A stretch of DNA of 64,000 nucleotides from Kiloniellales bacterium. GTDB lineage: Bacteria; Pseudomonadota; Alphaproteobacteria; Kiloniellales; JAKSDN01. The notes beneath the pieces are model-generated. The model was given only the letters and a program-made list of their open reading frames with translations, did not search any database and was not told the origin of the DNA. How positions within the stretch are numbered: the first letter of the stretch is position 1; every line of letters begins with the position of its first letter. Location of the stretch: positions 3,357 through 67,356 of the forward strand of contig JAWWCG010000001.1 in NCBI GenBank assembly GCA_033720555.1, read 5' to 3'. Shown here one piece after another: positions 57,967 through 64,000 of the stretch. The position numbers were made by a program, and so were the translations under genes.

Positions 57967-58650
57967 ATGGACAATGGCAAACATTTTCTTCGCATTCGCC
58001 GCAGTGACGGCAAGGCATATGTCGACCTATGCCTTTATGGGATCACGCGCGTTTTCAATCCCTCGGAGTGGTCGGCGCTCATGGCTGGCGATGGTGTCGT
58101 TTGCGACATCTTTCATCGCGTCGAGCGCTGGTGCGAAGTGCTCTATTACTACGAGTCGCCCGCGTCTAACCATATATGGGGGCCCGGTTTTGACGAGCGC
58201 GAAATCGGGATGAAAGTCGTGTGCATTGACTTTCCGTATGGTGCGGCCAAGGAACTGGCTCAAGCCGCGTTCGAGGGGCTCCTCGAATACGACGGTCAGG
58301 AGCCGAATGAGTACGGCGATCGAGATTCGGTCGTCGTCGAGCTGGATGCTCGATGGCCGCATTGGTGCGCGCATTATGGCCAGGGCAAAGGGCGAGTCGA
58401 GTGGCGGTTCCAAAACGACGAGATCCGCGAGCGCTGGCAGGCATGGTGCGCGCGAAACGATAAGACGTTCGAGCGTTGTCGCGAGCGCCTTGAGGCAATT
58501 GCCCGGAATACCACCTGGTCGGCCGACGAAACCGGGACCGTACATATCGGCTACGACTTCGCAGGGTTCGGATTTTCCGCAGCTCGCCTAATTGGCGGTG
58601 TGATCAATCACGGCGACGACGACGCGCCCGATTGGTCCATCCATACGTGA
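57967..58650 (+). CDS. hypothetical early protein
   Basis: 227 aa, Trp/Cys-containing. No motif recognised. Confidence 0.55.
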   Translation: MDNGKHFLRIRRSDGKAYVDLCLYGITRVFNPSEWSALMAGDGVVCDIFHRVERWCEVLYYYESPASNHIWGPGFDEREIGMKVVCIDFPYGAAKELAQAAFEGLLEYDGQEPNEYGDRDSVVVELDARWPHWCAHYGQGKGRVEWRFQNDEIRERWQAWCARNDKTFERCRERLEAIARNTTWSADETGTVHIGYDFAGFGFSAARLIGGVINHGDDDAPDWSIHT

Positions 58651-58823
58651 GCCGTAGAAAGAATCTATTTCATCTAACACTGGCCGATTTGCCTCCCATT
58701 TACGGGGGGCGGGCTCGGTTGGTGACCGACGACGATTTACTCGCTCGTTCCTTGGTTCGGAAGCGGTCACGGCTTGCCACCGTGGCCGCTTCCGATCCTT
58801 CCCAAGTTGCGAGCGGAAAGAAT

Positions 58824-59105
58824 ATGTGCCCGATGATTCAGAAGCCACGATTTCCACATGATTGCTCCGAGTGCCGGTTTCTTGGGACTGTGGACGGAGG
58901 CGACCCCTATCGCGGAAGCCAGTTTATGCGCTTCGATTTATACTATTGCGCTTCGACGGACGACGGATCCTTGCTCGCTCGCTACGGAGACGAAGGCGGC
59001 GAATACCTTAGCAGCCCGCGCGCGCTCCTTGAGCGCGAGTCGGGGGCTCATCCGGCCCTCCGTTGGGCTTTGTCTCTCGTGCACCGGGAAGAAAGGGACA
59101 TCTGA
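58824..59105 (+). CDS. hypothetical small Cys-containing protein
   Basis: ATG 58824 after GGAAAGAAT. 93 aa. Confidence 0.45.
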   Translation: MCPMIQKPRFPHDCSECRFLGTVDGGDPYRGSQFMRFDLYYCASTDDGSLLARYGDEGGEYLSSPRALLERESGAHPALRWALSLVHREERDI

Positions 59106-59362
59106 TGACAGCTCTCCAGAAGCTAGCCCTGGATGCGCTCGCCGTGCAAGACGCCTGCAATCTGTGCGGCGTTGCCCAGGGGTTTGCTCGCGCCATGGCC
59201 GAGCTTACTTCCTTGGGGTTCGATACGGAAGCGCGGAACAATCACCCGATCGCAAGAGTGTGGGCGGACAAGATTGCGCATCTGACAGGGACCCAATCGC
59301 TTGGCGCTCCTGCGGTAATGGACGCCTTCGCGCGCGTTTCCGAGATGGCGCGGGGGGAATGA
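59105..59362 (+). CDS. hypothetical small protein
   Basis: TGATG overlap at 59103-59107. 85 aa. Confidence 0.5.
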   Translation: MTALQKLALDALAVQDACNLCGVAQGFARAMAELTSLGFDTEARNNHPIARVWADKIAHLTGTQSLGAPAVMDAFARVSEMARGE

Positions 59363-59363
59363 T

Positions 59364-59558
59364 ATGGACCCAAACGCTAACTACGACGAGCTATCGGCCC
59401 TTGCCGCGCAGTTTCTCGAATCCTGGGACCAGGAAGAGGAAGTCGACACCGACGACGCCTATCGCATGGCAGAGTTGTTTACAGCGCTTGACGCCTGGAT
59501 TCGCAGCGGCGGTTTTTTGCCCCGTGCGTGGAGAAAGCCACGAGAGAGGGAAGAATGA
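59364..59558 (+). CDS. acidic small protein
   Basis: 64-aa ORF starting 1 nt after the upstream stop. Confidence 0.5.
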   Translation: MDPNANYDELSALAAQFLESWDQEEEVDTDDAYRMAELFTALDAWIRSGGFLPRAWRKPREREE

Positions 59559-59822
59559 CTAAAGAAAAAGCAACGCGCGTCTCGTTCCTTACGCACTACG
59601 ACATCCGCTTGTGATGATGTCGACACCGGATCGCGAAAAAGCCTATCAGCTAGCAAAGGAGCATGGGCTTACGGCTTGCGATCTGCTAGATGCTGCGCGC
59701 GACAAGGCGCGAGCACCCGAAGGAATACAAAGCATGGTTAGCTAATCAAGAGGAGTTGGCTGACCTGGAGCGCGAAATGGAGGCAGAGCGCCGTTTCGGT
59801 TGCTAGGTAGCTTTCTTGGAAC

Positions 59823-59841
59823 TGGGAAAAGGAACGAAACA
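59823..59841 (+). promoter_or_regulatory. Conserved early-gene leader, copy C
   Basis: TGGGAAAAGGAACGAAACA directly before ATGGCAAAT. Confidence 0.4.
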
Positions 59842-60387
59842 ATGGCAAATGAGCGAGGAAAGTGCGCCGGCCTAGTCGAGGAGCAAGCGCGCGACCGGAT
59901 TGAAGATATACGGCTTCTATTGGTACCGACGAAAGAGGACGTCGAGCTTGTCGATCGCGGCACGATGGATACGTGTATTCGTCTTGGCGATATCGAGGAA
60001 GTGTATTCGCAGGAACACGCCGCGGACTATCGAGACGAAGACGGCACGCTCGACTTGGAGTCGTTCGTCGACGATCACTGGGACGAGCTTGCCGAGCGTG
60101 CCCGCGAGCGTTGGTACGAGTTTGGGCTTGGCTTTGATTATGTCGATCGCGAGGATACCGAGCATTTCTGGCGATACCAGATCTCGTGGGGGGGTCCGAG
60201 CGAAGAAATTCGCTTTTTCGCAAACCATGATCTCACGCTCTATCGCGCGGAATTCTGGTACATGGATTGGTTCGACGGCGCCCATGTCGTGGTCACAGAC
60301 GACGACACCGTGCGGGCCATCTGGGACGAGTTTGTCGAAACGGAAACCGCTGCGCATGCGCGAGACAAGGTATTGAACGATGGCTAA
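59842..60387 (+). CDS. acidic early protein (WGGP motif)
   Basis: 181 aa. FWRYQISWGGPSEEIRFF...FWYMDWFDGA. Confidence 0.55.
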   Translation: MANERGKCAGLVEEQARDRIEDIRLLLVPTKEDVELVDRGTMDTCIRLGDIEEVYSQEHAADYRDEDGTLDLESFVDDHWDELAERARERWYEFGLGFDYVDREDTEHFWRYQISWGGPSEEIRFFANHDLTLYRAEFWYMDWFDGAHVVVTDDDTVRAIWDEFVETETAAHARDKVLNDG

Positions 60388-60574
60388 GCAAAACGTGACA
60401 AGATATTCCGACGCGGAGTTGTCCCTCCTGGTGCTCAATACCGAGCCTCACTACCGCGAGTTTATGGACTGCGAGAGCGAGGAGGAGTTGCGCGCGTTCG
60501 TCGAGCGCGCGTTTATCTTTACCGAGAAGCAGTTCGCGGAGTTGCTCGACGATTGGAGGGATCGCGATGAGTGA
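60380..60574 (+). CDS. acidic small protein
   Basis: 64-aa ORF with an 8-nt overlap to the upstream gene. Confidence 0.5.
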   Translation: MAKQNVTRYSDAELSLLVLNTEPHYREFMDCESEEELRAFVERAFIFTEKQFAELLDDWRDRDE

Positions 60575-61226
60575 CATGCTGTGCGTAGTCTGCAATGAGC
60601 CGTGGGACGCCTACGGCGCTCGCCATGGCGATATGGCCAAATGGGAGTACGAGTTATTTCGCAAGGGGGCCGGGTGCCCGTGCTGCGAGGGCGATAGGCC
60701 CGAGGGGCTCGATGAAAGCGAAGCTGCGGAGGCGGCACTTCGTCAGCAAATATTTGAGCCTACCGACGACGACGAGGTAGCGCATGGCGCGATGGATGCG
60801 TTGCAGGGAATGAAACGGCCAAAATGGCAACGCCCGGAAGATCCTTGGCTTTGGCGTTGCGATGGATGCGAGACGGGTGTTCGACGCGACTTGGACGATC
60901 AGGAGACGTATTCCGAGGGGGCCAACGAGCGCTATGTCGACCCATGCGAGACGGAGCCACCGTTTCTTTTCGAGGGAAAAAAGTATTGCGGCGGCTGCAT
61001 GCGCGTCTGTCGGCGCTGCGATGACGAGATCTTTGCAAGTTCGCAGTCTGCCACGGGCACGGTGCTTTATGGCGATACGTACGACCCAGGCGCCTCGTTT
61101 CTACCGGACGATTGCTATTTGACGGAAGATCTTCTCTGCATCAATTGCTTTGAGGATTGGCAATCCGAGGCCGCCGCGGAAGTCGACGACGAGGAGTCTA
61201 GCGACAACGCAAACGAAACTTCCTAG
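60567..61226 (+). CDS. Cys-rich (multi-CxxC) acidic protein
   Basis: CVVCNE, CPCCEG, CDGCET, CGGCMRVCRRCDD, CINC. 219 aa. Confidence 0.55.
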   Translation: MSDMLCVVCNEPWDAYGARHGDMAKWEYELFRKGAGCPCCEGDRPEGLDESEAAEAALRQQIFEPTDDDEVAHGAMDALQGMKRPKWQRPEDPWLWRCDGCETGVRRDLDDQETYSEGANERYVDPCETEPPFLFEGKKYCGGCMRVCRRCDDEIFASSQSATGTVLYGDTYDPGASFLPDDCYLTEDLLCINCFEDWQSEAAAEVDDEESSDNANETS

Positions 61227-61343
61227 CGGAAAGAAGGGCTAGATAACCGGCCTCGACTGGAGCCCGCAAGCAATGATAACCTGCGGGCTGTCGCCGGCGC
61301 CGTTTAAGCCGGTTTGGGTAAACCTACTGAGAAGGAGCGAGCT

Positions 61344-61880
61344 GTGACAAAAACGTCACGCATTGTTGCGTGTCGCGTCGGCCAGGAGCCCGTCGTGGAG
61401 ACGCTGAACTTAACTCTTGGGCCAATGCAACACTTCGTTGGCGGCTATATCGAGGCTGTGCGGCTCGATAATCACCTGATTCTTTGGTGCAACGAAGAGG
61501 GCCGCATTCTTGGCTTGCCCGTGAATCGCCGCCTAGGTCCCGGGATTAACATTTACGGTGACTTTTTCGTCGCGGCCTCCGACGCCGATGGCAGAGAGAT
61601 CGGTCTGACGGAAGCGCAGGCGACTCAGGTGCTTGGCTATCTGAAAAAATTGCCAGGGCCTCTGACTCTTTGCGAAAGCGGCGACGTGACGGGCGTGCGC
61701 TGCGAGGAGCAGGACGCACGGAGGCTTGTCGTCGTCCGGTATGTCCCCTTGTATCAACGCGAGACCGCCAAAGCGGCAGGGACCTGGAAAGGCTTGGTGA
61801 GGGCTATCAATTGCTGCGAGGCGTGCGCCGATATGTTTGCGGATAGCGACGATGCGCAATGGTTCGAGAGGGAGCAGTAA
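61344..61880 (+). CDS. DUF3846-like protein
   Basis: GTG 61344 after GAAGGAG. VGGYIEAVRLDNHLILWCNEEGRILGLPVNRRL...IYGDFFV resembles the DUF3846 pattern. Confidence 0.5.
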   Translation: MTKTSRIVACRVGQEPVVETLNLTLGPMQHFVGGYIEAVRLDNHLILWCNEEGRILGLPVNRRLGPGINIYGDFFVAASDADGREIGLTEAQATQVLGYLKKLPGPLTLCESGDVTGVRCEEQDARRLVVVRYVPLYQRETAKAAGTWKGLVRAINCCEACADMFADSDDAQWFEREQ

Positions 61881-62452
61881 TGGGAAATGTCCATATTAAA
61901 GTCCTGCATGACGACTATCCGGCGAGCCCTCGTGAATGGGAGAATATTGGCGTCATGGTGTGCTGGCATGATCGTTACCGGCTTGGGGATGAGCAGGTGC
62001 GCGAGCCGCAGTTGTGCGTTGACGATCTTCCGGCGGGGACCGTTGTGCTGCCTTTGTGGCTGTACGATCACGGCGGGATTACGATGAGTGCAGGAAGCGA
62101 AAATCCGTTTTCCTGCGAATGGGACTCGGGTGTCGTTGGCATTATCTACGCCACGCCCGAGCGCATACAGCGTGAGTTTGGGGCGAGCTGGAGTAGAGAC
62201 GTCGTGATTGCCGTTCTTAAAGCGGAAGTGAAAGTGTACGACGACTATCTAACGGGCAATTGCTGGTCGTTCGTGATCGAGAAGGACGTGCCAGCCTGCG
62301 AATGCTGCGGCGCGACGGCCGCACCGGAGATCATGGATTCATGCGGCGGGTTTTACGGCGACAATGCCCTGGACGATATGCGTGCGCATGTCGACGACGA
62401 GTACCACGACCTTTTGGAGGAAGCGTGGGAGCGGCGAGGCTCCGATGCGTAG
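61880..62452 (+). CDS. hypothetical protein (DYPxSPREWxNxG...HxRYxLGDE family)
   Basis: TAATG overlap at 61880. 190 aa. The N-terminal block is widespread in phage and plasmid accessory regions (recalled from memory). Confidence 0.55.
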   Translation: MGNVHIKVLHDDYPASPREWENIGVMVCWHDRYRLGDEQVREPQLCVDDLPAGTVVLPLWLYDHGGITMSAGSENPFSCEWDSGVVGIIYATPERIQREFGASWSRDVVIAVLKAEVKVYDDYLTGNCWSFVIEKDVPACECCGATAAPEIMDSCGGFYGDNALDDMRAHVDDEYHDLLEEAWERRGSDA

Positions 62453-63389
62453 AAGCAACGAGCCGCGACTTTACGACTATCTGATGGTCGAAGGGGCGGC
62501 GCGTGCGCTTCCGAAAGACGTCGGCCCCGAGGGGATTGCGGAGGAGGCGGCCATAGTGGCGCGCATCCTTCCGAGCATGCAGCGAATTTTGTCCGAATGT
62601 CTTGTCATTGATGTCTCGGCTATTCGGCCAGAGTTTTCAGAGCCGCCCGATCCAGAGGGGGCTGTATGGGTGCCTCCGTGGCATACGACCTGGCTGGAAT
62701 GGCGAGTCTTTGAGTTCGGTCACATGACTCATCTGGGAGCCGTAGTGGCTCGGCTTGACGATGAGGGATTGCAGGCATTCTTAGGGCGCGTGGCATCTCC
62801 GCCAAGGCTTCGCCCAGGAGAAGTCGCTATTGTCGGTCAGATGTACGCGAGGTTCTCCGCAGGAGGCCACAGGCTCCTTCCTCAGCTTCCTCGTAATCGC
62901 CACGGGTACAACCCAGTCATTGTCATTGCCTCGCACGACGGGGCGATGCGGACAACATGGCAATCATATGGCCCTTCTCCGGTGGCCGCCGAAGAGGAGG
63001 AGGCGCTGGCCGCGGAATTCTTGCGCACCGTGGGGTATGCGTTCACGGTGCTTGCGTGCAAAAACACGAGAACGGTCGACGTCGAGCCGAGTGAGAAATT
63101 GCAGCGAGCGAGGCGAAAGCGAAAAAAGCGCCCGCTCGTGACCTATAAGACGATTGAGATCGACTTGTCGAAGACGCCTTCGCGTTATCCGCGAAGCGCG
63201 GCGCCGGAGGCAGGAGCGCCAGTGCGGCAGCACAGGCGCCGTGCGCACATTCGCGACTACCGCAAAGGCAAAGGTTTGTTTGGCAAGTATAAGGGCCTGT
63301 TCTACGTGGGGCCCGCCCTTGTCGGTTCCAAGGAAGAAGGATCGATTGTGACCGACTACAAGCTTACGAGGAGTAAGAACGATGACTGA
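62445..63389 (+). CDS. hypothetical protein, paralog of 16218..17030, with basic C-terminal region
   Basis: ATG 62445 with an 8-nt overlap. Blocks shared with 16218..17030. QHRRRAHIRDYRKGKG tail. Confidence 0.55.
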   Translation: MRRSNEPRLYDYLMVEGAARALPKDVGPEGIAEEAAIVARILPSMQRILSECLVIDVSAIRPEFSEPPDPEGAVWVPPWHTTWLEWRVFEFGHMTHLGAVVARLDDEGLQAFLGRVASPPRLRPGEVAIVGQMYARFSAGGHRLLPQLPRNRHGYNPVIVIASHDGAMRTTWQSYGPSPVAAEEEEALAAEFLRTVGYAFTVLACKNTRTVDVEPSEKLQRARRKRKKRPLVTYKTIEIDLSKTPSRYPRSAAPEAGAPVRQHRRRAHIRDYRKGKGLFGKYKGLFYVGPALVGSKEEGSIVTDYKLTRSKNDD

Positions 63390-63447
63390 CCGGAGCAGTA
63401 CCGGCGGCAAACTTGCGAGTCAAAAGTCATCTAGCGAAGGAGTAGAC

Positions 63448-63777
63448 ATGAGCGACGACGTTTTGGAACGGTATACGGTATGGGTCGATGGCGAGCCGAA
63501 TCTATGCTTCGAGGGCACGTGCATTGCCGATGTCGAGGACCGGTGGCGCAACGGCCAAGAGCAAACCCGATGGTCAATTTTTCGGTTGTATAGGCTTGCC
63601 AATAACACATTCGTCTGCGAGCGCGTGCGGCGCTCCATGTGGATGGGCGAGGGCGATCGGCATGAGGCCGCCCATGTCAACTCCGTAAAGGACGTCATGA
63701 AGTTTTTCGAGTATTCGGATTTGGCGAAGCGTCTTTACGACAAAGCAAAATTCGACGCTACCGCTCGGGTGCCGTAA
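63448..63777 (+). CDS. small protein (possibly EXLDI-like)
   Basis: ATG 63448 after AAGGAG. RWSIFRLYRLANNTFVCERV...WMGEGD pattern. Family assignment is tentative. Confidence 0.45.
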   Translation: MSDDVLERYTVWVDGEPNLCFEGTCIADVEDRWRNGQEQTRWSIFRLYRLANNTFVCERVRRSMWMGEGDRHEAAHVNSVKDVMKFFEYSDLAKRLYDKAKFDATARVP

Positions 63778-63792
63778 AGAAAGGATAGCGCG

Positions 63793-63963
63793 ATGACAAA
63801 ATCAGAGGCAAAGGCAATCGTGGAGCTGTTGGGGCCGAACACAGGCAAAATAAAAAACGCTTGGCGTGCCCACGGGAAGGCAAATGGTAGTCGCATTCCC
63901 GAGGAAAGGTCTGGCAAACGTACTACGAGGAACTTCACGAAATGGTCAAACTCGTGCTGTTAA
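63793..63963 (+). CDS. possible 56-aa basic protein
   Basis: ATG 63793 after AAGGA. Below the ORF-track cut-off. Confidence 0.3.
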   Translation: MTKSEAKAIVELLGPNTGKIKNAWRAHGKANGSRIPEERSGKRTTRNFTKWSNSCC

Positions 63964-64000
63964 TGGCCAAGGCAGAGCTGGAGTAACCAGCCATGGCAGA

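Larger units (their letters stand above)
1..64000. mobile_element. Temperate bacteriophage genome segment (excised/virion configuration); window is smaller than the element
   Basis: Integrase, RecT/YqaJ pair, endolysin, multiple tailspike/fibre genes and long co-directional overlapping gene trains. Phage-like genes lie on both sides of int and reach both window edges. Confidence 0.8.

Overview
The whole 64-kb window reads as a GC-rich temperate bacteriophage genome in the excised or virion configuration, because phage-type genes flank the integrase on both sides. I saw no rRNA, tRNA, CRISPR array or obvious host housekeeping gene.

Layout:
- 1-3.1 kb (+): a tail-anchored amidase endolysin and the first tailspike.
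- 3.6-8.0 kb (-): tyrosine integrase, SAM methyltransferase, and a RecT plus YqaJ-exonuclease recombination pair.
- 8.0-8.8 kb: a long non-coding control region.
- 8.8-19.6 kb (+): regulators and accessory genes, including a 783-aa polyvalent protein with a PcfJ-like domain, an HNH_3-like/wHTH protein, and a secreted Cys-rich cassette.
- 19.9-28.4 kb: the receptor-binding cluster.
- 28.6-37 kb: small proteins, a divergent control region, a Fis-type HTH protein and a GT4 glycosyltransferase pair.
- 37.0-55.0 kb (-): one long, translationally coupled late operon.
- 55.0-55.9 kb: a hairpin-rich non-coding region.
- 55.9-64 kb (+): small early genes that share a conserved leader.

Most unusual observations:
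1. The late operon is dominated by at least 13 small C-tail-anchored membrane proteins. I could not recognise a terminase, portal, HK97-type capsid, tape-measure or sheath gene in it.
2. It encodes a protamine-like arginine-rich protein punctuated by Asn-Pro, carrying a perfect 72-bp tandem duplication. A transglutaminase-like Cys protease lies in the same operon.
3. Six paralogous fibre or tailspike genes on both strands share a duplicated N-terminal module.
4. There is a candidate small RNA bounded by a promoter and a terminator next to int.

All functional calls come from motif recognition by eye. No searches, folds or statistics were run.
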